Positions 1 through 12,600 of a stretch of 64,000 nucleotides of DNA are shown piece after piece (positions within the stretch are counted from its first letter, which is position 1; each line of letters starts with the position of its first letter). Made by a program: the position numbers and the translations under genes. The stretch is from Tubiluchus corallicola (lineage: Eukaryota; Animalia; Priapulida): positions 248,001-312,000 of the forward strand of contig JAQGDQ010000193.1 in the NCBI GenBank assembly GCA_030141605.1, in the 5' to 3' direction. The notes beneath the pieces were generated by a model that worked only from the letters and a program-made list of their open reading frames with translations, searched no databases and was not told the DNA's origin.

Positions 1-302
1 TAGTAGACAAATTTTCATTTTTGGGTGCTGCTTTTGACTGTGGACTGTTCATTTGTAGTTTGGCAAACAAGGATTGCGTTGAAAACGATGTGAATGGTAG
101 AATGTATGGATTCAATAGTGCTCATTTGGCTACTATCAAGTAAGGTCCAAAAGGTAAGTTTTTGCACCGTTTATCTATATGCTTCAGCAGTGAAAAACGT
201 AAAAACGTGTTCAAACTTAAAATGTTGCTTAAATGGAAAAAGTCACGAGCTTTTCTTTTCGTAATTTTGTGACTATTCTACTTTTTTAATTTTCATACTT
301 AC

Positions 303-328
303 CACGCGCGGGAGCACCGGCAGGACAT
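303..328 (-). CDS. Probable first coding exon of an unidentified gene continuing off the left edge (MSCRCSRA..)
   Basis: Minus strand reads gccATGTCCTGCCGGTGCTCCCGCGCGTG|gtaagt: Kozak-like ATG and consensus donor in a local GC/CpG-rich patch, with promoter motifs just upstream. Too short to identify. Confidence 0.4.
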
Positions 329-440
329 GGCGAACGGGTGACATCAGACTCCGCAGTCATGTGTCTAAGTGACACAACTTTTACCAACATTCTCCCTAAG
401 AAAAATCTCTAGGGACTTTCACAAGCAGGGTGAATTCAAA

Positions 441-658
441 CCCCCGCCCCCACCAAACGTTAAGCCAATGTTTCCGCGCTGTCTCGAGCCTAATGCATCG
501 TTGCCATAACAAAGCGTTGCTTCGATACAACAAACGCGTCAAGTCCCGTTGCCATTGTCAACAGTGCTGCTAATGAGTCACAGTGTTGCTAGGAAACAAC
601 GAATGCGTTGCATCAATGTTGCTATGAGACTGTTGAAGTCTCAGTATCCTATAGAAAC
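441..658. promoter_or_regulatory. Promoter with GC box and a cluster of RFX X-box-like motifs
   Basis: CCCCGCCCC ~441-450; GTTGCCATAAC (500), GTTGCTTCGATAC (516), GTTGCCATTGTCAAC (548), GTTGCTAGGAAAC (585), GTTGCTATGAGAC (618), GTATCCTATAGAAAC (644); TGAGTCA at 574. Confidence 0.55.
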
Positions 659-2107
659 AACTATCAAATACGTAAAATTGCACAAGGAAGCAAAGTAATT
701 AATTTTGCTAACTATGATGCCCTAATTTCAATAACTTTAAGTACAATATAGAAGAAGGTATCACCAATATTTGCAATACCAAGGTAAGTAATAAGTAAAA
801 GGTGCTACAGCAAGAATGAAAGTCTCTCATTCAGAGGCACTCTGGCTACTAAAAACGTTATCTTTCAAAAATGCAATGGTGATATGCATATAGGCACAGT
901 GACCTCATGATAAATAAAAAATTCATTCGATTTGAATCACGTTACATACTTTATAATGGAAAAAATAACTCATAATCTTTTTCTACAGTTTCAAAACAGT
1001 GGAACATTTTAGATTGTACTTCTGATTATGCAAAAATTTTAAAAAATACGTGAAAGAGATGATCCAGTTTGGGCACTTGTGTCACAATAAACAACATGCT
1101 GCACTGTCAGGTAAATGGCTACACCATAAGAGTAATGGTTACTGAATACAGATACAGATAGAAATTTAGAGCTATAAAACAACTGCAATTACACATTAAA
1201 ATTATCTGTACATATTATATATTTATTGTGTTTAATAATATATTCGATCATTTACAATCATTTACAGCATGTACAATTTAAAAGAATTAGATTTTCCAAA
1301 CTTAAACCTAGCTTTTCAGCACATCTTGTTGGTATGCTGATATGTAATAATTATCATGGCTGTTATTCAGAAATTATTTAAAAGCCCAAAATATGATTAG
1401 CACACAAAGGAAGGTGCTGCTGTTGCTGCTTCTACAATGTAAAATATGGTGGCTGATTTCTCCAATGTTTAATCAATGTTTCTTGTTTAAGAAATCACAA
1501 TTTAAATATATTAATAATATAAAATGTTCATTGTAGCAATGGTACTGTAAGCGACAAAGAGATACAAATTATGCATCATTTTTTAGATACTGAGATTGCA
1601 AAAAACAAGCTATTTCCAAATAATTATATCAAATGTGAGCTGCTCTAAAACAGAGTTTAAAGAAGTGCTTTACGTTAACTATCCACCATGTGAATTCACT
1701 GTTAACTTTCCTCCAATATGTACCATTTCTTCAATTTGATTGACAGAAAACCGAGTTTTACTTTTCAGCTATCAAAATTTTCACTCAAATTAATAAATTC
1801 ATTTAAAAAAATATTTACAATACAACAAATCTATAACACAATATAGACTTCTTGGGCATTCCAAGCCTGCATAAACAGACATGTACTAACAGTGTAAAAC
1901 TAAAACAAGCTTTATTTTGGCATAAATGTATGACATGATTTTTCATATCTTGTATACAATGTTATTTACGTTCTAGTTTTATGTGTATGACTTAATTAAA
2001 AAAATAAAAGAGCAGACAATCCAGGATCTTGCAAAATATCTCAAGTCAACAAAACTCAGCAAGTTACGAAGAAGCTGCTAACAAGCACACAATCATGTAA
2101 GAAAATA

Positions 2108-2851
2108 CAATAGGCGCCGCTTAACGGACTCACCATTAACAGACTTGTTCGCTTAATTGACTCAAAAACGCCTGGAATGGGCGCTTCTATTCAAATATAC
2201 ATAAAAACTGTCCGTAATTGATTCAATATTTTTCCTTCACATACCTAAAATGAGACATTCGTATGTGCCAAAAGAGCCTTTCCAACTTCTATGTCATCTT
2301 TACTTCGATTTTGTGCACATTAATATATGTCGAAACAATCATGTTAAGTACCGTTTTGTTTGTATGTAGGTACGTTTATCATGCGCTAATCCGCTAGCCC
2401 AGCTGTTCTGCTTTGAATCTGCTACCTGCTCATCCACTGTGTTACCCAAGAACTTCTGGAAGCTAAACACTTAATCACTTGTCTAGTAGTTTCCTTTTAA
2501 AGCTCTCGTTGCAAGTCACGCTTTCGCGCTTAATCAGTTAACAGTCAAAGATGCAGGCACAGTAATTTTTGCAAATAAACAGACTTGTGTGATTTAGAAA
2601 AGTATACTTTTTTAATTTATTGCTAATTCACTTAAATATAAATTAATATTTTAAAATATTTTTTTTTAATTGCAAAGAAATTTAGCCATTGCTTCATTTC
2701 CAACATTCATTAAAAACCATTATACTGCATATTAAGCTGATAACTCATACTTCTATACAAGTAATGCTACACCATGGGTTAATAAGTTCAGTCAGTTAAC
2801 TGGGTCAAATCACTTTGATCCCAAAGTGAGTCTATTAAGCGGCGCCTCATG
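2108..2851. mobile_element. Non-autonomous Tc1/mariner(pogo)-like MITE
   Basis: 26-bp terminal inverted repeats, CAATAGGCGCCGCTTAACGGACTCAC versus right-end reverse complement CATGAGGCGCCGCTTAATAGACTCAC, with TA flanking both sides; no ORF. Confidence 0.75.
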
Positions 2852-3628
2852 TAGAAAGAAATCATTTTTTAGAAAACTGTGCAATTTACGTAAACTGAGA
2901 TTAAAACCTTATTTAATTTTTTAGACTATACATCAACACCCCAGCTTTGAAAAAGTCTGCAAAATTAACTAATAAGTCATTTAGTTTAAAAAGATTTACA
3001 ATAAATTCTAATCATGCAAGTCAGCTCTAAGCAATGAAAATGATTTGACAATTTCAAGGTCACCTTTATGGCACCTGGATAGCACTTCGACAAGATTTCC
3101 CATTGCCATTTAAAACATGAAAATAAAAACCATGTTTGCGTAGAAAACATAGCACCAAGAACCCTTCATTTCAAATCACAAAATAGTTCTGATTTTTTAA
3201 ATACCAAAATTTAATTAAACTGATCTCCACTTTATTTGCTTACGAACTTCTACGATCAACAAACTGAATTGCGATTAATTTATGGCAGTTCTGAGCACTT
3301 TGATTTAATTTTACGATTTCACTTCTTGTGACCAATTTTGTGCCAGTTCTTTGATTTACACTTTTATAATTTCAGTTTATCACTTCTAAATACATAAATT
3401 GCTGTTTATAGAACCAGATAGTCTTGCAAAGAATAACTGGGTGGCTGTAGAAATCAGACATATATAAAAATTGAATCACAAATCAGCTCAGAATTCACCT
3501 TATTTGACAAATGGATGTAATTAGTTATAAACCAATGTATGTTCGTGTATGTGATGAAAACAGCATTTCTAATATGCAAATCCTAATGTCATTGTTGTTC
3601 ATTCAACTAAAAAATTCCGCTGATATCG

Positions 3629-6600
3629 TCATTGCTGATGCCCTGGCATCTGTGATGGCCAAAGAAGATGAGGACTAGTGTTGTCAAAAGTTTGAAAATT
3701 TGATGAAAACTGCTGTGTGCTTGGTGAATGTTGCCATGGTGATGTGCCTGCTAGAAACTGTGGTGGGGTCATGCTTTTGACTTCCGGTGTGCTTGGTTTA
3801 CTTTGACTTTGTTTCTGAAAATAAATTTATTTTAAGTATCAAAGCTTTAAAAAACATTTCTCACATTCAAACGCTAAGCATTTTTCACAGTCTAAACAAA
3901 ATGTTGCTCTGGTTGATACAACAGCATTTTGCCTTCCATGGAACATCTTGATGAAATCCTAAAGAAACCACTAATAAAAGCCTTGATAAAATCAGCTGCA
4001 ACAGAATACAAGAAAAGCCAACTTTATATTCAGAAATTTGCATCTAGAAAGACATACACAAACAAAAAAATATTAAATGAAGTTTGCTACAGCTCAAACC
4101 TATAGAAAAGCTAACCTCTGCAATATATTGTTTAAAAATAAGAAGTGGAAACAAGATTTCCTCTAAGTAGGGGCCTTCAGTTGTGATAGTAGCTGGTCTC
4201 AGGACCCTATCATTGAAAGGAACTTTCACAATCAGTTGAGCGGCCAACTAAATACTTTGATCCTTTTAAACAATGTTAGGTGAGAATATCACTGTAATGC
4301 TGTTCTATGTAACAGTGCTTAGTTAGACTCGAAATTTGTAAAAGTTTAGGTAAATCTACTTTTACGCGCCCCACTGGGTGGCCAGCACAAAAAAAGGTCT
4401 GTTTGCTATTTTCCCCCTGCTGGTCTACAATGCAAACCACTCTGGAGTTTTTTGGACAAAAAACTTTCCAGTGCACTCATTTCTAGTTGAAATTCTGAGG
4501 TTTATTACATTTTACGAGAAAATTTATTGAAACCATTTGAAAAAAACAATTTTTTAAGCAAATTTAACATTTTAACATTACTGTTGTCGGATTATACTAT
4601 TCCTACAATCCTTACTGGATTTCCAGGTTTATAAATTGGCAGATCCATTTCAGACCGTATCCCTAAAATACGGTGTATCTGATCTGGTCCCATCCCAACT
4701 TAATCTGTGATATATACACGTAAATATATTAAATATTAGCAACCTGTGAAACAGCTTCCTGACTCTGAACGTTTGTAAACCAAAGTTTCTGCACAGGTGG
4801 GTTTAGGAACTGAGGCGGCATGGACTGGGAACGGAATTGACTGGAGGTCAAATCTTGTGCCACGCTGCCAGCGCTAAAGTCCACATTCACTCTAGATGGG
4901 ACTGGCGGATCGCGCAACAGTGGCAGAGACCCGGAATGCGGCAGCGCAGTTGCATGTCTAGTGTTATCACCTGCAGTAAGTGCATTCTGAAAACTACCAG
5001 CTTGATTAGCCGAGGAGTAAATTGCTACTGAACTACCTGCATTGATAAATGCGTTTTGTCGAGGGTGCACATTAGCGGCGTGAGGGCTCTGGAGAGACAC
5101 AGGAAAATTTGGCTGCTCTCGTGAATGAAATAAATTATACTGGGGATATTGCATCTTTGAACTAGGCTGCTCAATGCTGTACCATGGAGAGCCTTGTGTA
5201 ACTTGCTGCTGCTGCCATGACTGGTTAAAAAATACTTGGTTGGACATACTTGCATGTGGGGGTGTCTGCCTATAGTATCTTGTGGTTTGCTCGCGGTTCA
5301 TAACCTCCAGTCTAGGGGGAGTAACGAGAGGATAAGGCAATAAGGGAATAGAGGAAGTTGGTGATTGAGGTCCTGTCCTTCCTTGGCTTCCCATATGAGG
5401 AATCATCACAGGCACAGAAACTGAAAATATACAGTTTATTATACACACGTTAAAATTTTTATTCACTTGCACTCCAGTCAGCATATTGCAAAATGATTTA
5501 CTTAAGCACTAACGATAATTTTACTTATTTTCCATGCCAAATTTGCTCAAGAATATGAAGACACATTTCGGAGATTACTAAATGTTAAAAAGCAACATGC
5601 AAGGACTGTTGATTTGGCATTGCGGTCACAAAAACATGATTAGTGTAGCTGTGACTTACTGTTTGCAGATAAAAAAAACATTAACTGATTTCTTACATTA
5701 ATGAAGTGAACACTTGGAAAACAAAATTATGTAAGGCTTGCCAATTAGCTGTAGATTTACAGTATTCACTTCGTTTTATTAATCCGCTCGGTAAAAAGCG
5801 TATACTGTTAGTTAGAGCAATGCAGTATGGCCAAAAGAGAGTAAAATTAATACAGCAAAAATAAATTATTCCACTGTAACTGGCATACCATTTCTGTTGG
5901 TTGGACTGGTGACGTTCTGTTGCTCGCTGCTGGGGTTTTTGAGTTCTCTGTCCTTTGTTTCTCTTTCAGCAATGAGTTGGCTCCGCTCTGCCGCTTCTTT
6001 TCTCCTGGCCTAGTGATGTAAAAAAATCTAGTTAAGTGACTGACGCAGCACTAATGTCAACACAGTACAAGCTCGTGGTTTATTTCTAATGTTAACAATT
6101 ACTAGGTGTGAGTACTTGTTCAAATAGCAAAGTAAATTGCAAAGTTGGCAAATGATTTATATAGCATCAGATAAAATACAGCCTCCTAGGTACAGCTTCC
6201 TACATTCAGTTAGCGACCAAATAAGACTTGTCAGCTTTGTTAACTTCTCCAGAAATGTGTCAGTTTTTGCAGAGTTTAGCGACTAATCCTTGCCAATTAT
6301 ACACAAAAAGCAAAACTTTTGCCTGGGCCTGAAAGGGATTACAAAGAAAACACATTTAACTGTGGTTACAACATTATATGCTAAGTGTAAGGATGACTTC
6401 CACACAACATGTAAAAGTAATTAATTAAATACAGCCATGAATTTGTATGCTACAACAATATCTAAAGAGTAAGTAAATGGTTATGGTGTGTGCTTGGCAG
6501 CAAAATTTAAGCAGCACTGTGTCTGATGTACAAACAGTGGGACGATTACCGCACAATTGCTTTTAAAATACTACTGCTGGTTCAATCTGAGAAAATCTTT

Positions 6601-9600
6601 CTTAGTGATAAGTTATCTTCTGATCTTGCCAGAAGTGATAAGTTATCTTGTCACTCAGGACAACTTAACTTACCACAAAGTTATTTTTAGGGATACATTA
6701 TCTTCTGATCTTCTGAATCAACCACCTTCAAAACTAGTACATCTTACTGCTGTTGACTCGCATTATTAAAGTATCATCATCAATTTTGTTAAAAAACCAA
6801 ATGTGGAGGGTAAATGGCACCTTTTGCCTTCAGTTAATCTAGCAAAATACACACTTTTTTCTACAATACGGAACAAGTATTTGCTTCAAATGTTTTGCAA
6901 ACCACATCTGGAACACAATAAGCAATATTCTCAGACAGTCTTAAAAATCCAGAAGTCTTAAAAATGAACTCCTATTTACAGTTCCTTTCAACATGAATTT
7001 TTAACTTAATCCACTATTATTTTAACTTACCCTTACGGTGTTTGGACATTCTTTTACAAAATGGCCGATCTTTCCACACAGTCGACAACCCCTGTCATTT
7101 GGTGGTTCACCGTCAGTCAATTTCCACGGGTCAAATAAGTAATTCTAAAACAAAAAGCATCGTTAATTGTAAAATTTAGTTGCAGTCTAATCACTTCTAT
7201 TAGAATTTTTATAAATGATGACAGTCACCTCACCCCAGCACCAAAATAAATAATTATAAAACATTCCAACATCTAAAATTGAATAATCTAAAATGGCCAA
7301 CTGTATAGCAAAATTCTGATTAACAGAACACCAACTACCAAACAACAGAATATTCAAAAAAATTTTCCCATACAACAGATTATCTAAAATGTCTCTTTTT
7401 TGTCATTGAATTTTCAATTTTTACACAAATTGTGATGCAGATTTATTAAAATTTGACCTATTAAGGCATGAAAACCAAAGTGCATTTCATCAAGTTCATA
7501 CTACAGCAAACAATCAGAGCATTTGTATAGCGAGTGATAAATCTGAAGAATTCTTAAAAAATGACAGTCACATGTCTGGCCATGCCAAAGTTGGCATTAG
7601 GTTGTATAATAAAAGCTCTGCAATAATCACATAAAATGATAGTAGTAATTGTAATAGGTTTCTGAGATAATTTTTACACACATTGCAAAAAACAAATATA
7701 ATTTTTTATAAACGAATGTCATACTGGGATAATAAAACAATAACTTCAAATAAGAGGGAATTTTTTATCATGTCACTTTTGCTGCTGTTTTTACCATACC
7801 TTCCATCCTTCTTCTTATCTCTAATCTTACTATTTTTTCCATTCCATCATGTCTACTAACCCCAACCATTCTTTCATTCACTCATTCGTGCCACCTTAAC
7901 AAGCCAAACTTTCAAGCTGTCATACAGTAACTCTTTTATTTGGTTAATTTGACTTCATCAATGTTTTTTGTAATCTGTACTATTTTTTTTCTAATCATAA
8001 TATATGTTGATGTATTGTATACATATTGCTGAAGTGAAATAAATTGATTTGAATTGATTTCAATTTTGGTTTAGTAGTTAAGCAAAAAACGACACGAAAA
8101 AATAATGGAATTCAAATGAATGAGAATGTTTCTCTTTTCTTAAAGCAAAACCAGATCCAATCTTAAACTCTAGGTCAAAACAATCTACTCTTTAAAATAT
8201 TGAAAGGACACATACTGTTTTTTCAAAAATGACTTATGTGAAAGAATAATTACCACCCAAACACAATTTTGCATTTGCGCCACTAGTCCTTTGCTGTTAC
8301 ATGCATTTCGCCATTCGCTAGTTAGACGGTCACTGGCACCCGCATTTCTTAAAGGCATTATACAAAAACAGGTGCTGTACCTCTCAGTTCAGATGTATTA
8401 GTTTGAGACGAACTGCACACGTTTGGCAGCTCATGTGTGAACACAGCGGTAAATTTGAAATTTGAATTTTTATCTTAAAACATACCTAGCTTTAGTACAA
8501 CACACTGAATATCTTACAGTAGCACTGAACTTCCATTTTCGCTTTCGCAAACACGTGCAACACGCTCGTAGAATATTTTTGCTACCGAAAATTATGTTAG
8601 TTTGTGATGCCATCAATAATTGGGCTCACCTGCCGTTAATTAAGTTTTAGTCATTTATTTATTTATTAGAAACGCTTTTGCAGTATTAACCGTGTTAAAA
8701 TGTACACTATTGGACTTCAAAATGGGGTAGTATACGGAAAATCATCCTGTCTTCTTTTAAATCTTGCTTGTCCGCTCATAATAGTGAGTCAAAGACTCCT
8801 CAGCCATATAGAACTTCAAGCTTGATTACTTACATAAAGTGCAATAACGTTGCGAATAGGAGTGGGAGTTCCAAAATGTTGTCGTGCCTTAATGAAAGCC
8901 TTCAATATGTAAGAGCTCACTGCAAATTAAATGAAATTATTAAAAACAATCCGACATAATTGTACTTCGATCGAAAGCATTCTGCCCGAAGAGACTGAAA
9001 AACCAGCTAAATTCACAATTTTTGTACATTTTTCACACTTGAATAGTAAAAGGCAACTTACTCTTTCTTGAAAGCCCAGCACCGAGATTATGATTCAGAT
9101 CAAAAGGATCTATAAAGAAAAAAACTTAAAATGCAGTCAGACAATAATGAAAAAAACATGTCTGAAAAACAAAAGGGAAATAAGACAACAAGAAACAGAA
9201 ACAAACATTCGCAATATCAGTAGCCATTTTCCATGTGCTTACAAAAAAAATGTTTTAACTAATTTCATTTTAGCATATATAATCGAGCATATAAAATATT
9301 AAAAAGAAAATGATTTAAAAAACTACTAACTAAAAAACATTGCATAGTCTCTACTAAAAAAATCTACTGCTGAGACTGCAAAGACAATCTTTAATCTTAT
9401 CAATTCTTGTTTAATGAACATAAGTCACATTGAAGATAAGTATATCTAACACAAATAGTTGGTCAGCACTGTGCAATTAACTAGTTAACTCGTTACTTTA
9501 GCTAGCAGCCACTTTCATAGTTAGTTTGGTTAAACGGCTAAGTTTAGCTAGTTAGTTTGCCTGACAAATTTTTAGCACATTACAGAAGAAACAAGAAAAG

Positions 9601-12600
9601 GCAGAAAAAGCCCAAGTTTTGCACTTATTGAAATTCTCTCTTCGTTACTTTAAGTAAGGAAACATTTTATTTCTATCTAAAAGTTCATAGAACACACACA
9701 CGCGCGCACGCACACGTTTACATGCACACCCACCCAACCACCCACACACACGCACGCACACATACATATGTATACTGCAAACACGAAATTGACATAGGAG
9801 ATAATTTACAGAAGTCTAAAGAGGCTACAAACAGAAAGTGCATTTAGTGAATGCAATTGGAAATAAACACAAAATTAACTGCACTTTAGAATATCTAACG
9901 TAATTTACCAATGACTTGGCAATCACAGCATACTGTAGCGCCACATGGCAAATTAATGAAATTACACTTCACAACCTGGTCCGGAATGCGAAGGATTACC
10001 TTCTTAGTTTATGAAGTCATACATAGTTTTTTCTGCATAAATACCTGGATATGATGTTTAGAATACATTTTACTGTTGTCATAAAACCCATTTGGTGAAT
10101 ATGTTATTTAGCATGTCATTTATTGTGGCCATAGAATCCATTTTATTGTAAAAATTTAGAATACGATGTTATTCTATTGTGACATTATATTACAAAAACT
10201 GGCCGAAACTTATTACATGAACAACAACGAGAACAAGACTGTCTTCACTACAAAACAAGTCTGTTTATAAGTTTACATTGAGAGTAAACCCAACAAGCTT
10301 CACAATACAAGGTGAACCTTATACCGTAAAATAAAACTTTCCACCACCTTTTACAATTACAGTCAAAACCTCGTTATGACACTAAATACGGCGCTATAGC
10401 GAAGTTGGCGATAAGGCGAGGTTCATTAATACTAAAGCCATTCTACTGTGTAACCTCTACTTTGTTGCCTAGTTAATTTTAATAAGTGATAAACAACAAA
10501 ATATTATTACACCTACAACAATGTGTGTTATATACTGTGTATTTTTTGCTGCATTAACAATGCAGGTGTAGTTCTACTGCAGTACCTTGCAAAACTTTTA
10601 GGTAACACAACATGGAGAAGAAATCTTGTGAAATGCTGGTTAATTAACCTATTGCTGATAAGAGAAATATGCACCCATAATAAGTTCTACCCACGCTCCC
10701 AACGCAATATTACTGGACAGTCAGACTACAATTAGTCACTGCTTATAACTTGACCTTCAGTCAAGCAGCTTTAACAGCCATTAAATTCACATCAGTTCAG
10801 TACTGAACCTCATGCAACTGTCCTAGTCTTAAAATGCATACTCTTTGCTCAAAACCTCAACATTCACTTTCATACAGTCGCTTGCTCAGAAACCGAAATC
10901 ATAATTTAAACACCGTATTTGTTTTCTTATCAGAGATAATTGTTTTTACAATGTTATAGCTTTTTTTACCAGTAATTGATTGTGCTTTATCATGGCTGGG
11001 TTTCTAACGGGGTTGATTTATTATGTAAAATTGACTTTTGGCAAAGCAAATACGTTGGCGGATGGCGACAGGCGAGGTTGGCAGTATTCCCTATAGTTAA
11101 TATAATATACTATGGAAATCAGAACAGGGAAAAAGCTGGCGTTAGGCAAGGCTAGCGTTATAAAGGAGGGGCGGTATAACGAGATCAGTTCTCACACAAA
11201 TATTTACTATCATCGATACCTTCTATAGCAATGGTTTTGTTGTTCCACAGTTTCTCAAAACGAGTTAAAGGCTTCAGCTGCCGAATGGAAACAACATTTT
11301 CTTTAAAGTTGAACCGCTCTGTATAAAAGCGCAACATTCCCAGCCATAAGTCACCGACGGATAACACGTTTGCATCCCAGTACGGCCATTTCTCACGCTA
11401 AAAATGGTAATAGTAATAAAAAATAACAAGTACAAAAAGTAATAATGTGGCTCTTATTAACTATATTCTCAAAAATGAAACCCAAATAAAATAATACAGT
11501 TCTGTCATTTATGCAATTATTCACAAAACACTTAATTTCTGCTTGTGCTTCTGAAAAAGGTTTTGTAAAAAATGTATAAATCGGTTTCGTGCTAATAAAA
11601 AGACTGTGTAATCATTTGGTAACTCATTATAGGACGTAGTTTTTGACATTTTATATTTATAACATTATGGCATCTGAGATTAAAAGATGACACTTTCGTT
11701 TGTATTATGCACTTAACAGCCTTGCCTACGCAATTAAATGTGCAACCAGGAAACGACAGTCTACTCCTTTTTATATAATTTTTTGGATCACAATATAAAA
11801 AACAAAGAGAAAAGCAAGACATTTAAATAAATAAATACATACATATACTAAAAATATTTATTGATTTTAATCCTAAATAAATCCTAACATAAAAAGCTTT
11901 AACTAGATTAGAACAAAAACTCTTTTAAATGAGTCATACCAGTTGATTGGTGTCATCAAAGAACCATGCATTCCAACCATCTACTATAACTTCAGGCATC
12001 TTTCCTTCATACAGCTACAACATAAAACTGTTTGATTGAACTGTGTAATTACAAAAAAAAATATTAAAAAAAATATTTCTTGTACTAAGTAACAAATCTG
12101 AACAACACAAATATACTGAATTTTGGACAATATTGCTTACAACGACATTTTGAAATCAGATAAGTGAAATCGTTTCCTGTGAAACCAATGATTCAGTTTT
12201 TAATAATTTCCAAATTGTCTGTTTCCGTTATCAATGACAAACACATTTAACCACTTTTAGTCCATCGATACGAAATAGTAATATTCGGGTTTGTTTACAC
12301 ACAGCATGAGCAACATTGATGTTGCAAGACAACAATCTCGAGTGCTAAGTCAAAACGTGAATGAATTACCTGACAATAATATAGACGTGCTTAACATGTC
12401 ATGTTACACACAGCATAATACAAACTGTTACCTCTTGTAAGACAGGTATGACTGGAGGTTGGCACTGCTGTAGGTAGTAGATCACTAGCAAAATGTATGC
12501 ATAAGATGACAAGCTACCCCTTGAAGCATCTCCCATATCACATGCCTAAATCAAGTTGCAGCAATATACATTACTTTAACAATAAGAATCATTACTTTAA

